Source: an uncultured Verrucomicrobiae bacterium
Lineage (GTDB): Bacteria > Verrucomicrobiota > Verrucomicrobiia > Palsa-1439
Length of the DNA: 64,000 bases
NCBI GenBank assembly: GCA_963842185.1
Contig: CAWJFL010000013.1
Coordinates: 372,022-436,021 of the forward strand
Direction of reading: 5' to 3'
Both the position numbers and the translations under genes were made by a program. Of this stretch, positions 26,135 to 35,978 are shown one piece after another (the stretch's first letter is position 1; the number at the start of each line of letters is the position of its first letter). The notes beneath the pieces were generated by a model, which searched no databases, was not told the DNA's origin, and saw only the letters and a program-made list of their open reading frames with translations.

Positions 26135-28495
26135 CTACTGTCCTTCTGTTCCGAGAATCATCACTTCGGGTTCGAGATCGATGCCGCGCTCCTGGCGCGC
26201 CCGCAGGCGGATCGCGGCAATCAACTCCATCACGTCGCTGGCTTTCGCCCGTCCCTCGTTCACAATAAAGTTCCCGTGCTCTTCGGAAACGCGCGCCCCG
26301 CCAATCGACATCCCCTTCATTCCCAACTCCTCAATCAGTTTGCCGGCCGGAATCGCTTCGGGATTCTTGAAAATACAGCCCGCGCTTGGCTTCGCCGGTT
26401 GCGACGACCACCGCCGTTGCGCAAACGCCTTGAGACGGCTCTCGATTGCCTTGCGCTCCGATTTGATTCCGCGAAGGATCGCCGATAGCGCAATGTGGTT
26501 GTGAAATACCGGGCAGCTCCGATACGTCACCGGAAGGCTTTTGGCCTCCGCATCGTACATGTCACCTGCGTAACTGATGTAGCGCACCCACTCGACCACA
26601 TCGAACAGCTGCCTGCCCATCGCGCCCGCGTTCATGCGCAGGGCGCCCCCCAGCGATCCGGGGATCCCTTCCATGAATTCCAGTCCGCTGAGTTGGTTCC
26701 GCGCCGCCACCGTCACAATTGTTTTCAACCTCGCTCCGGCCCGCGCTACGAGCCGTTCTCCGTCCACGTCGACCTTCGTAAACTCATCGTTGGCCAGGCT
26801 AATGACCACGCCCGCGATGCCTCCATCGAGCACGAGCAGGTTCGTCCCGCGACCGATCACAGTCACGGGAACCTCGCGAACATGGCAGTAATGCAAGAGA
26901 CGCGCGAGGTCGCGCTCATCCGCAGGCTCAACCCAAAACTCGGCCGGGCCGCCCACGCGCATTGAGGTGTGCCGCGCCATCGGTTCATTCCGGCGAATTT
27001 TGGATTTGTCCGAAAGCAACACTTCCCAGTCCGCCTGCATCTTCATGGGCTGCTTCTCCGGATGGAGAACGTTTGGTCCACGGCTGCGGAGCTTGCGCAC
27101 CAGCGACTCAGCCACCTTGTACACGTCTCCCGCGCCCATCGTCAGGACCAGGTCGCCGGGCCGCGCTTCCGCAAATAGCCGCACCACCAGCATTTCCGGG
27201 TCCGCTTCAAACACGGCTCCCGACTGCCCGGATGCGACCACGGTCTGGTGAAGCATCCGTCCGTTGACGCCTTCGATCGGCCGTTCGCTCGCGGCGTAGA
27301 TGTCCGTCAGAAACAATTTGTCGGCGCCAGCGAACGCCGAGCGAAAGTCCTCGAGCAGCGCCTGCGTGCGCGTGTACCGATGCGGTTGGAACGCCACGAT
27401 CAAGCGCCGATACCCCGCCCCGTTCTCCCTCGCCAGCATCGTGCGGGCTGCCGCAATCGTCGCGCGGATTTCCGTTGGATGATGCGCATAATCATCCACC
27501 ACTAGGATTCCGTCCTCCTCATACCTCCGATCAAACCGTCGCGTGGCCCCCGTGAAATGCTGGAGCGCATCGGCGATTCTCTCGAACGGCACCCCTAACT
27601 CGTCGGCCACCGCGACCGCCGCCAGCGCATTGGTAACGTTTTGCATTCCAGGAATGGTCAATTCAACCACCCCGATCTCCTGGTCCCGGCAGGAGACCGT
27701 GAACCGGGAACCGCACTTTGTCTGCTCGACCTTCAACGCGCGGTAATCCGCCTTCAGGGAAAGCCCAAAGGTGATCGCCGCCCGACACTTGGGCGCCAGC
27801 GCCAGGCAGTTCGTACAATCGGCGCACAGAAACACGGTCTTGTGTGTGCTGGTGAAAAATGTTTCAAAGGTGTCGCGAAGCTTCTCCATCGACCCGTAGT
27901 GGTCGAGGTGCTCCGGCTCGATGTTCAGGCACACGGAGTATTCCGGGCTGAAACCAACCAGCGTGCCGTCGCTCTCGTCGGCTTCGGCCACAAAGTATTT
28001 CCCGCCGCCAATCTGCGCGTTGGTGCCGAGCACCGGCACGTGCGCCCCGACGCAATAGCTGGGCGCGCTGTCGCTTCGCGTGAGCACGTACGCGATCATC
28101 GCGGTCGTCGTCGTCTTGCCGTGAGTTCCGGCCACCGCGATATTGTTGGGGTGATTCATCAGGGCGCTCAGCAACAACCCGCGCCGCACCCGCGGAATCT
28201 TCAGTTCGGCCGCCGCCTGAAGTTCCACGTTCTCACCGCCGACGGCCGACGTGTAGACCACCAGCTCCGTCCCCTCGCTGATGTTCTGGCCCGCATGGCC
28301 GCTATGGATTCGAGCACCCAATTTCTGCAACTCCTTCATGCCGCCATTGGGCGCCATGTCCGACCCGGTGACGCGGTGCCCCTGCTGCAACAACAGGCGC
28401 GCCAGTCCACTCATCCCGCATCCTCCAATGCCCACAAAATGCACCCGACGTGCTCGGCTGCCGAGAAACTCAATTAGTTGTTGCTTGTTTCCCAT
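26135..28495 (-). CDS. murC-murB: Bifunctional MurC-MurB fusion: UDP-N-acetylmuramate--L-alanine ligase fused to UDP-N-acetylenolpyruvoylglucosamine reductase
   Basis: A single uninterrupted ORF. The N-terminal about 470 aa is MurC (VHFVGIGGCGMSGLARLL..., GTHGKTTTTAMIAYVL). The C-terminal about 300 aa is the MurB FAD-binding and substrate domain (MRVGGPAEFWVEP..., GRGTNLLVLDGGIAGVVISL..., GGARVSEEHGNFIVN). The start is chosen at ATG 28495 (MGNKQQLIEF). Confidence 0.85.
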   Translation of the reverse strand: MGNKQQLIEFLGSRARRVHFVGIGGCGMSGLARLLLQQGHRVTGSDMAPNGGMKELQKLGARIHSGHAGQNISEGTELVVYTSAVGGENVELQAAAELKIPRVRRGLLLSALMNHPNNIAVAGTHGKTTTTAMIAYVLTRSDSAPSYCVGAHVPVLGTNAQIGGGKYFVAEADESDGTLVGFSPEYSVCLNIEPEHLDHYGSMEKLRDTFETFFTSTHKTVFLCADCTNCLALAPKCRAAITFGLSLKADYRALKVEQTKCGSRFTVSCRDQEIGVVELTIPGMQNVTNALAAVAVADELGVPFERIADALQHFTGATRRFDRRYEEDGILVVDDYAHHPTEIRATIAAARTMLARENGAGYRRLIVAFQPHRYTRTQALLEDFRSAFAGADKLFLTDIYAASERPIEGVNGRMLHQTVVASGQSGAVFEADPEMLVVRLFAEARPGDLVLTMGAGDVYKVAESLVRKLRSRGPNVLHPEKQPMKMQADWEVLLSDKSKIRRNEPMARHTSMRVGGPAEFWVEPADERDLARLLHYCHVREVPVTVIGRGTNLLVLDGGIAGVVISLANDEFTKVDVDGERLVARAGARLKTIVTVAARNQLSGLEFMEGIPGSLGGALRMNAGAMGRQLFDVVEWVRYISYAGDMYDAEAKSLPVTYRSCPVFHNHIALSAILRGIKSERKAIESRLKAFAQRRWSSQPAKPSAGCIFKNPEAIPAGKLIEELGMKGMSIGGARVSEEHGNFIVNEGRAKASDVMELIAAIRLRARQERGIDLEPEVMILGTEGQ

Positions 28496-29615
28496 ATTGT
28501 TCCAAAAGGGCTGCGATGCGGTCCGCCGCATCGTCCACGGCCAACGACCGCGCGGCTGCAGCCATGCTCCGGCGACGCGGTTCGTCGTCGAGCAGGTCGC
28601 CAATGACTCTCGCGAAACATTCGCCTCGCTCGGCGACCTCTCCGTCTGATGATGACTGTTCGATCAGCCACGCCGCCCCGGCCCGCTCGAATACCCGGGC
28701 GTTGTACCACTGGTGATTGCCCGCCGCGTGCGGGTACGGAACCAGAATCGCGGGCAAACCGAACGCCGCGACCTCGGTGAGCGTGGCAGCACCCGAACGG
28801 GCCACGACCACGTCCGCCGCGCTGTACGCCAATTCCATCTGACCGCAAAAACTCATCACCGTTGCTCGAAATCCGCTTTTCTCGTACGTGTCGCGCATGA
28901 ATTCTTCATCCTTCGCGCCAGTTAAATGCACAAACTGCAGCGCGCCCGCTCGCGACTCCAGCCACGGCAGCGCCAGTGCCACACTTTCGTTGATCGCGTG
29001 GGCTCCCTGGCTGCCGCCCGCAACCAACACCGTCAATCGTCCTGTCTCCAAACCAAGTCGTGCGTGCGCGTCGGCCACTTTGCCGCGCCGCAACGCTTCA
29101 CGAATCGGCGTGCCCGTGACCGTCACCGGCTTGCGCCCAAAATACCGGGCGCAGTCGGCCAGCCCCACCGCAACGTGATCCGCCACTCGGCCTGCCCAGC
29201 GGTTCGCTTTGCCGGGCACGGCATTGGATTCATGGATCAACGTCGCCGTCCCGCGCTTGCGGAACCATCGCGCCCCGAATATCGCAGGCGCGGACGTGAA
29301 TCCCCCCATCCCCAGCACTACGTCCGGCTCAAATTCGTCACAAGCCGCGACGCACCGGCGCGTCGCCTTTGCCAGGCGCAGGCAGAACCTGACTAACTGC
29401 CCCACCCCCTCGTACCCCACGGCCGGCACCACCTCCATCGCGATACCGTCCGAACGGTTGGAGCAACCGGTCGATACTGCCAAGGCCGCCTGATCGATTG
29501 CCTTTTCGGACACCAACAACCGGACTTGATGCCGGCGGGCGTGGAGAACTTCCGCGACCGCCATCCCCGGGAAGAGATGTCCCCCCGTTCCGCCGCATGC
29601 GATCATGACTTTCAT
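28470..29615 (-). CDS. murG: UDP-GlcNAc:undecaprenyl-PP-MurNAc-pentapeptide GlcNAc transferase
   Basis: MKVMIACGGTGGHLFPGMAVAEVL... is the typical MurG N-terminus. It has a GT28 C-terminal domain. Confidence 0.9.
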   Translation of the reverse strand: MKVMIACGGTGGHLFPGMAVAEVLHARRHQVRLLVSEKAIDQAALAVSTGCSNRSDGIAMEVVPAVGYEGVGQLVRFCLRLAKATRRCVAACDEFEPDVVLGMGGFTSAPAIFGARWFRKRGTATLIHESNAVPGKANRWAGRVADHVAVGLADCARYFGRKPVTVTGTPIREALRRGKVADAHARLGLETGRLTVLVAGGSQGAHAINESVALALPWLESRAGALQFVHLTGAKDEEFMRDTYEKSGFRATVMSFCGQMELAYSAADVVVARSGAATLTEVAAFGLPAILVPYPHAAGNHQWYNARVFERAGAAWLIEQSSSDGEVAERGECFARVIGDLLDDEPRRRSMAAAARSLAVDDAADRIAALLEQYGKQATTN

Positions 29616-29638
29616 TCATGCAACCGCGGCTGCGCCTC

Positions 29639-30778
29639 CTAGGTGAGTGACGAACGCCGCGCGAAGAACTCCTGTTCCTCACTCTCCGCTTCCACTGAAC
29701 TGTGACGATAAATGCTTAAGAGCAATCCGACGGCAACCATGTTCAGCACGAGGTTTGATCCGCCAAAACTGATAAAGGGCAACGGCAGCCCCTTTGTCGG
29801 CAACCATGCCGTGACGACGCCGATATTGATCAGGGCCTGCATGGCCAACAGCACCGCGATGCCCATGCCGAGGTACTGCCCGAATAAATCCGATGCCCGC
29901 AAGCTGATGATCACCGCGCACACCATCAACAATGCGAACGCCAGCAGGATCGCCAGCGTCCCCACCAATCCCAGTTCTTCGCCGATAATTGGAAAGATGA
30001 AGTCCGTGTGGGCCTCCGGCAGGTAAAACATCTTCTGCAAACTGTTGCCCAGGCCCAGTCCGTTGAATCCACCCGACCCAAATGCGAGAATCGCCTGCCA
30101 CACCTGATAGCCGGCGCCCTGCTTGTACTTCTCCAAATCCATGAACGCCATCAGCCGCGCCGCCCGCGTCGGGTTGTGGATGACGAGCGCGGCAAATCCC
30201 GCCACCCCGCTGAAGAGGGTCGGCACCAGGAACCGCAGCCGCACACCCGCGACGTACATCATCGCGAAACTCACCGACGCCATCAGCGCCGTGGAACCAA
30301 AGTCTGGCTCGGCCAGGATCAATAGCAACGTCATCCCGACCACGCCCATGGGAATGGCAAACCCGCGGCTGAACCGGTCGAGACGGCGCTTCTCCTTTGC
30401 CAGCCAGTGCGCCAGCCACACCACCAGCGCCAGTTTCCCGAGTTCCGATGGTTGAAACCGCATCGGACCGAGTCCGAGCCAGCGGCGCGCGCCGCCCACC
30501 TTCAGCCCGATGTGGGGAACCAACACCAGTGCCAGCATGACCCCGGCGACGACAAGCACGCCCGTGCACACGCCGCGCAGTTTCGGGTAGGGAACGCTGC
30601 CAGCCATCACACATCCGACGGCTCCGACGAGCATCCACGCCAGTTGTCGCTTCAGCAGGTAGCGCTGATCACCGTAGCGGTCCCTAGCGTACAGGGCGCT
30701 CGTGCTAAAGAGCATGACCACGCCAATGGTCAACAATGCCAGCATGATCGTCAAGAGCGTGATGGCCGCCTTGTTCAC
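29639..30778 (-). CDS. ftsW: FtsW/RodA/SpoVE-family (SEDS) peptidoglycan polymerase
   Basis: 379 aa with about 10 TM helices. It sits in the canonical dcw position between murD and murG. Confidence 0.9.
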   Translation of the reverse strand: MNKAAITLLTIMLALLTIGVVMLFSTSALYARDRYGDQRYLLKRQLAWMLVGAVGCVMAGSVPYPKLRGVCTGVLVVAGVMLALVLVPHIGLKVGGARRWLGLGPMRFQPSELGKLALVVWLAHWLAKEKRRLDRFSRGFAIPMGVVGMTLLLILAEPDFGSTALMASVSFAMMYVAGVRLRFLVPTLFSGVAGFAALVIHNPTRAARLMAFMDLEKYKQGAGYQVWQAILAFGSGGFNGLGLGNSLQKMFYLPEAHTDFIFPIIGEELGLVGTLAILLAFALLMVCAVIISLRASDLFGQYLGMGIAVLLAMQALINIGVVTAWLPTKGLPLPFISFGGSNLVLNMVAVGLLLSIYRHSSVEAESEEQEFFARRSSLT

Positions 30779-30818
30779 GGGCCTCCAATTCTCTGGTTAA
30801 GCGAATCTCTGACTGTCG

Positions 30819-31946
30819 CTATTGTACCGTCGCGCGCGAAGCGGATACGACCGGTGCCGCCAGTACCGGCGTCGTTGAGGCTGTGGTTCCCGCGGTCGTC
30901 GCGTTCGCTGCCGCCGTGCTGGCTGGCAGCGTTGTGTTGGCGACCGGTGTCGTCGCGGGAGCCGTCGTGGTCGATGCTGTCGCGCTCGGCTGCTGCAATG
31001 GGATCACCAGTCGCTGGCCGTACTGGACCTTCTTGGGATCGGTGATGTTGTTGGCCTTAAGCAGGTCGTCGGTCTTGATGCCATACTTCTTGGCGATTGT
31101 CGCCGGTGATTCTTTGAAGTCCACGATGTGGATTGTCTGCCCGTTCTCCGTGTAGGTACCGGGCGCTTGCCACCCGGCCGACGACGTGGCTGCGATGCCC
31201 GCGCTGACGGTGTTGCCAGCCGTGTCCGTCGTGGCCTTGGCCGTCGCCATCGGAATGTGGAGCTTCTGCCCAACCTTGAGCGAATCACCATTCAGATTGT
31301 TCGCCTGCTTGAGCGCTGCCACAGTGACGTTCTGGTGCCGCGCAATCTTCCAGAGTGAATCCCCGGATTTCACCACGTACAGATTGCCACTGTCGTCGCT
31401 TCCCGTTGACGGAGCCGCTGACGTGGTCGCGCCGGACGGGACGCTGTTGGCATCCGTTGAGGTCGGAATCACGGACGCGGTCGCAACGCTGGTCTTCTCC
31501 GCCTTCGCCGCGGGCACGGTCAATTTTTGGCCGACCTTCAGAACGCTGGTCTTCGACATGTTGTTCGCACGACTGAGTTCGCCGACGGTTACGTTCTCCG
31601 CTTTGGCGATCTTCCACAGGGAATCGCCCTTCTTCACGACATAGACTTGCGCGGTCGCGGAAACCGGCGCGGGTTGGGCTATGGCCGCCGACGTGGGCGC
31701 TGGAGCTGGCGCTTCATTGCCCGCCATGGACGTCGCCGGCGCCAGTGAGTTGACCGCCCCCGGACCTTGCGGATTCGGGACGGAGGTCACCAGATTGCTG
31801 TCTGGCTGCTGGCCGGGCAGGCTTTCATTTGCCGCCATATCCGGCGTGCTGCTCTTGACCCGGGAGCATCCCTCAAAGACGACGATGCCCCCGATCACCA
31901 GGACGTGTAATGCTACGACGATGAGTACGACTTTCGAGACTTTCAT
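30819..31946 (-). CDS. LysM-repeat peptidoglycan-binding protein (3 LysM domains), membrane-anchored or secreted
   Basis: An N-terminal hydrophobic anchor (VVLIVVALHVLVIGGIVVF) and low-complexity linkers. Three LysM modules are present (YVVKKGDSLWKIAKAENVTVGELSRANN...; YVVKSGDSLWKIARHQNVTVAALKQANN...; IHIVDFKESPATIAKKYGIKTDDLLKANN...). Confidence 0.8.
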   Translation of the reverse strand: MKVSKVVLIVVALHVLVIGGIVVFEGCSRVKSSTPDMAANESLPGQQPDSNLVTSVPNPQGPGAVNSLAPATSMAGNEAPAPAPTSAAIAQPAPVSATAQVYVVKKGDSLWKIAKAENVTVGELSRANNMSKTSVLKVGQKLTVPAAKAEKTSVATASVIPTSTDANSVPSGATTSAAPSTGSDDSGNLYVVKSGDSLWKIARHQNVTVAALKQANNLNGDSLKVGQKLHIPMATAKATTDTAGNTVSAGIAATSSAGWQAPGTYTENGQTIHIVDFKESPATIAKKYGIKTDDLLKANNITDPKKVQYGQRLVIPLQQPSATASTTTAPATTPVANTTLPASTAAANATTAGTTASTTPVLAAPVVSASRATVQ

Positions 31947-32012
31947 TGGTTCCTTTCGTTTCGGTATTGTTGTTTTGATCGATCGTTGTTCGGTAAATCC
32001 AGTTACATCACC

Positions 32013-33377
32013 TCACGGCAGGTTGAAGACGTGCCGCTTGAACTCCTCACCGCGATGTTCATAATTCTCAAACATGTCAAAGCTGGCACACGCCGGCGAC
32101 AACAACACCGTATCGCCACGACGGGCGTGACTGGCCGCCACGCGGACGGCCTCTTCCATCGAGAACGCGCGTACGCACGGCGCCGCTTTGGACCAGGCGC
32201 GCCATATCTTCCCTTGCGCCTCCCCTATCAACACCGCCAGCTTGACCTTGTCGGCAACCACCTCCTTCATCGACGTGAAATCCAATCCCTTGTCGCGACC
32301 GCCCGCGATCAGCACGCAGCGTCCTGGCAGGGAACGCAGCGCCTTCTCGACGGCATCGACGTTGGTCGCCTTCGAATCGTTGATGTACGTCACCCCACCA
32401 ATTTCCGCCACGAATTCACACCGGTGCGGTTGCGGACAGTACGAGCAAATCGCTTCGCGCATTTGTGACACGGGCAGCCCCATGGCCAACCCGGTCGCAA
32501 GTGTTGCCAGTATGTTCTCGGCGTTGTGCACGCCGCGCAGGTTCGTCTCACTCATCTTTAGCAGAATCCCGCGGCATTCCGGCAACCGACACCAAATGGT
32601 TTCGTTGTCGAACCAGTCCAGCCAGACGTCCGCTTCGCGGTTGTAGGCGCTGAACGTGATCGGGCGCGCCTTGATCGCGATGCCCATGCGTCGCAGTGTG
32701 TTCAATGTCTCCACACTGACGATCGCCGTGTCTTCCGGCTGTTGATTCATGAAAATGAAGGATTTCGCCGCCGCGTAGGCCTCCATCGACTCGTAGCGGT
32801 CGAGGTGGTCGGGCGTGATGTTCAACAACACCGCGATGCTCGCGCGAAACTGGTCGATCTTCTCCAATTGGAACGAGCTGACTTCGAGGACCACGGCGTC
32901 CAATCCCGCGCTGGCTTCCACCGCATCGGAAAACGCATTCCCGATATTGCCTGCCGCCGTGGTGCGTTTGCCGCAACCGGCCAACATCGCGGCGATCAAT
33001 TCCGTCGTCGTCGTCTTCCCATTCGTGCCCGTGATCGCAATGATCGGGCACAGGCAAAAACGGTACGCCAGTTCCAACTCACTCAGGAGCGGCGTATCCT
33101 GCGTCAATACCTCCCGCACGATCGGTCGCTCGGGCCCGATGCCCGGGCTGACCACCGCGAGGTCAAACCGCGTCGAGTGGTCGAACTGGTTGCCCAGTTC
33201 CACCCGCACTCCCAGCCGACGCAGCCGCATCGCCCGCTCTTGCAACTGATCTCCCGCCGATTCATCCCGCACCACCACGCGTGCGCCGTCGCGACGCAAC
33301 AAGGATGCAGCCGCCATGCCGCTGCGGCCCAGTCCCAGAACGACCACGTCCTTGCCCTTCAATTCCATCGTCTGCAT
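32013..33377 (-). CDS. murD: UDP-N-acetylmuramoylalanine--D-glutamate ligase
   Basis: VVVLGLGRSGMAAASLL..., GTNGKTTTTELIAAML. Confidence 0.9.
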   Translation of the reverse strand: MQTMELKGKDVVVLGLGRSGMAAASLLRRDGARVVVRDESAGDQLQERAMRLRRLGVRVELGNQFDHSTRFDLAVVSPGIGPERPIVREVLTQDTPLLSELELAYRFCLCPIIAITGTNGKTTTTELIAAMLAGCGKRTTAAGNIGNAFSDAVEASAGLDAVVLEVSSFQLEKIDQFRASIAVLLNITPDHLDRYESMEAYAAAKSFIFMNQQPEDTAIVSVETLNTLRRMGIAIKARPITFSAYNREADVWLDWFDNETIWCRLPECRGILLKMSETNLRGVHNAENILATLATGLAMGLPVSQMREAICSYCPQPHRCEFVAEIGGVTYINDSKATNVDAVEKALRSLPGRCVLIAGGRDKGLDFTSMKEVVADKVKLAVLIGEAQGKIWRAWSKAAPCVRAFSMEEAVRVAASHARRGDTVLLSPACASFDMFENYEHRGEEFKRHVFNLP

Positions 33378-33384
33378 TTCTCAA

Positions 33385-34482
33385 TCACCTCAATTTCAGC
33401 GTCGCCAATCCCAGCAACGCAAAGATTACGGACAACACCCAAAATCGCGTGGTCACTTTGGTTTCCGACCAGCCGCGCAACTCGAAATGGTGATGCAACG
33501 GCGCCATCGCAAAAATCCGTTTGCCGCGGAGCTTGAAACTGGCAACCTGCAAAATCACCGAGGCGGCTTCCATCACGAAAATTCCACCGACGATGACCAG
33601 CACCAACTCCTGTTTGATCATCACCGCAATGGCGCCGATCAATCCGCCAATCGCCAGCGACCCGGTGTCGCCCATGAACACCTGCGCAGGATGGCAGTTG
33701 AACCACAAAAACCCCAGGCTTGCGCCAATGAGCGCGGCGCACACCACAGTCAATTCGCCTGCCCCCGACACGAACGGTACCTGCAGGTAACTGGCGAACC
33801 GGAAATTGCCGGCCACGTAACACATCACGGCGTATGTCAGTGCCACGGTCAGGGTGCATCCCGTCGCCAAACCGTCGAGGCCGTCCGTCAGGTTCACGGC
33901 GTTCGACGCCCCGACGATCACCACCACGACCACCAGCAACGCCCACCATCCCATGTCCGCGATTAGTGGCCCTTTCACGAAGGGCACCATCAGTTTCTTC
34001 GCCGTCGGCCCCAGCAGCGGATCGGTCAGCAGCAAGATCCCCACGAACAATCCCAGCCCGATTTGAAACAGAAACTTTGTCTTCGCGCGCATCCCTTCGG
34101 ACTTTCGCGCCTGCACCTTCGCCCAGTCGTCCAGGAATCCGATCCCGCCGAGCCAGATCAAGGTTACCAGACAAATCAGGACGAGTTGATTGGTCGGACG
34201 CGCCCACAGCAGGGCTGAATCCACCACCGCCCAGATGATAAGGATGCCACCCATCGTCGGGCAGGTTTTCTGGCCATGGGTCTTGGCCAGCTCCCGCAGA
34301 TCGTCTTCGCCGCGGATTGGCTGCTGGAGCTTCATCTCGACCAGTCGGCGAATAAGCCACGGCCCCACAAACACGCACATCAACAGGGCCGTGAGCGCGG
34401 CAAATACCGCGCGGAAGGTCACATATTGAAACACCCGCAACGGTGAGAACCACTGCGTATACTCGCTCAGATAGTAAAACAT
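33385..34482 (-). CDS. mraY: Phospho-N-acetylmuramoyl-pentapeptide transferase
   Basis: 365 aa polytopic protein with MraY motifs (NAVNLTDGLDGLA, HHHFEL). Confidence 0.9.
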   Translation of the reverse strand: MFYYLSEYTQWFSPLRVFQYVTFRAVFAALTALLMCVFVGPWLIRRLVEMKLQQPIRGEDDLRELAKTHGQKTCPTMGGILIIWAVVDSALLWARPTNQLVLICLVTLIWLGGIGFLDDWAKVQARKSEGMRAKTKFLFQIGLGLFVGILLLTDPLLGPTAKKLMVPFVKGPLIADMGWWALLVVVVVIVGASNAVNLTDGLDGLATGCTLTVALTYAVMCYVAGNFRFASYLQVPFVSGAGELTVVCAALIGASLGFLWFNCHPAQVFMGDTGSLAIGGLIGAIAVMIKQELVLVIVGGIFVMEAASVILQVASFKLRGKRIFAMAPLHHHFELRGWSETKVTTRFWVLSVIFALLGLATLKLR

Positions 34483-34565
34483 CTTCTCCTTGGTCCTTCA
34501 CTTCCGCACACCCGTGTTGCCGCGCCTTGGGGAGGCGCAGTCCCCACACACAACTGATTGGCGCC

Positions 34566-35978
34566 TCACAGAGGCGCGACTACGTGGTTTCGGTATCCCT
34601 CCACAATTCGTTCCAACTGCAATCGTCTCGAGCCTTTGACCAACACAAAATCACCTTCCTGCGCTAGCGTGCGGACTGTCTCCTCCGCCTCGGTTGTCGT
34701 TCCCAGCGGCAAAACCCGGTGCGTCTCCATGCCTGCTTCAATGGCCGCTTGCGCGATCAGCCGCGCGGACTGGCCAACGGTAATGAGCAACGCCAGGCCG
34801 CAGTTGGCCGCCATCGCCCCGATGTCACTGTGCGCTGACTGTGTCCATTCGCCAAGTTCCAGCATGTCGCCGAGAACGGCGACCTTCCGTCCGGTGCACG
34901 GCGTCTCGCGAATCATCTGCAGCGCAGCCTTCATCGACACCACATTGGCGTTGTAGCAATCATTTACGAACCGCACGCCGTCGACTGTGATCGACTCCAT
35001 CCGCATCCGCGGAAACTCCGCGTTTTCCAAACCAACCCGGATTTCATCCAGATCCATTCCCGCGAAATAACCAATGGCCGCGGCTTGCAACGCGTTGTAA
35101 ATCTGATGACGACCCAGCGTCTTGAGCCGCACGATCACATCTTCCCGCTTCTTCGCGATGTTGAGACGGAACTTCACATCTCCATTGATTTTGATCTCAC
35201 TGGCGCGGATGTCCGCGAAATTGTCGATTCCAACCGTTACCACCGTGGCGTTCGTGCGCGCGCGCAATTCGTGGCACCACTTGTCGTCGGCGTTGATCAC
35301 CGCGAGACCGTCGCCGTTGCGCGGCAACACCGCGAGCAGCGATCCCTTCTCCCGGGCCACTCCGGCTTCGTCCCCGAAGAATTCGACATGCCCCAAGCCG
35401 ACGTTGGTGACGACCCCGATGTCGGGCTGCACCATCTTTGCCAGCGCCGCGATTTCACCCGGATGATTCGTGCCCAGTTCAAACACGCCGTAGTCGTGCG
35501 CGGCATCCAGTCGTAAGAGGTTGAGCGGCACGCCAATGTGGTTGTTGTTATTGCCGGATGATTCCACTACATTAAAACGTTCCCCAAGCACCGAGGCGAT
35601 GAGCTGCTTGGTGGTCGTTTTCCCGCTCGAGCCGGTAACGGCGATGAGGCGGGTGGTTGGGGGCATCAGTCGGCGGTAGTTCGTTGCGAGTTTGTGCAAT
35701 GCGGTGAGGGTGTCTTGCACTTGGAGAAGCGCCAAGGCACTAGGCGAGTTCATTGCACGGGTAGGATCCGAGACTACCGCCGCCGATGCCCCCAAGCGGG
35801 CCGCATCGGGTACGAATTCATGTCCGTCAAAGCGCGGGCCGCGCAGGGCGACAAAGCAATCGCCCCGGCCCAACGCGCGCGAATCGATGCTGATCCGCTC
35901 GACGAGCCTACCCGGCTCGCCGCGAATCAGCCGCGCCTCACAAAGCTCAGCCAATTGTTCTAAACGCAAGATTTCCAC
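34566..35978 (-). CDS. murF: UDP-MurNAc-tripeptide--D-alanyl-D-alanine ligase
   Basis: GSSGKTTTKQLIASVL; Mur ligase middle and C-terminal domains. Confidence 0.9.
   Translation of the reverse strand: MEILRLEQLAELCEARLIRGEPGRLVERISIDSRALGRGDCFVALRGPRFDGHEFVPDAARLGASAAVVSDPTRAMNSPSALALLQVQDTLTALHKLATNYRRLMPPTTRLIAVTGSSGKTTTKQLIASVLGERFNVVESSGNNNNHIGVPLNLLRLDAAHDYGVFELGTNHPGEIAALAKMVQPDIGVVTNVGLGHVEFFGDEAGVAREKGSLLAVLPRNGDGLAVINADDKWCHELRARTNATVVTVGIDNFADIRASEIKINGDVKFRLNIAKKREDVIVRLKTLGRHQIYNALQAAAIGYFAGMDLDEIRVGLENAEFPRMRMESITVDGVRFVNDCYNANVVSMKAALQMIRETPCTGRKVAVLGDMLELGEWTQSAHSDIGAMAANCGLALLITVGQSARLIAQAAIEAGMETHRVLPLGTTTEAEETVRTLAQEGDFVLVKGSRRLQLERIVEGYRNHVVAPL

Noticed and set aside
33359-34549. 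396-aa minus ORF and 319-aa ORF 29679..30638 overlapping mraY and ftsW
   Set aside because: They are off-frame shadows of intact polytopic membrane protein genes. The translations are Arg/Gly-rich.
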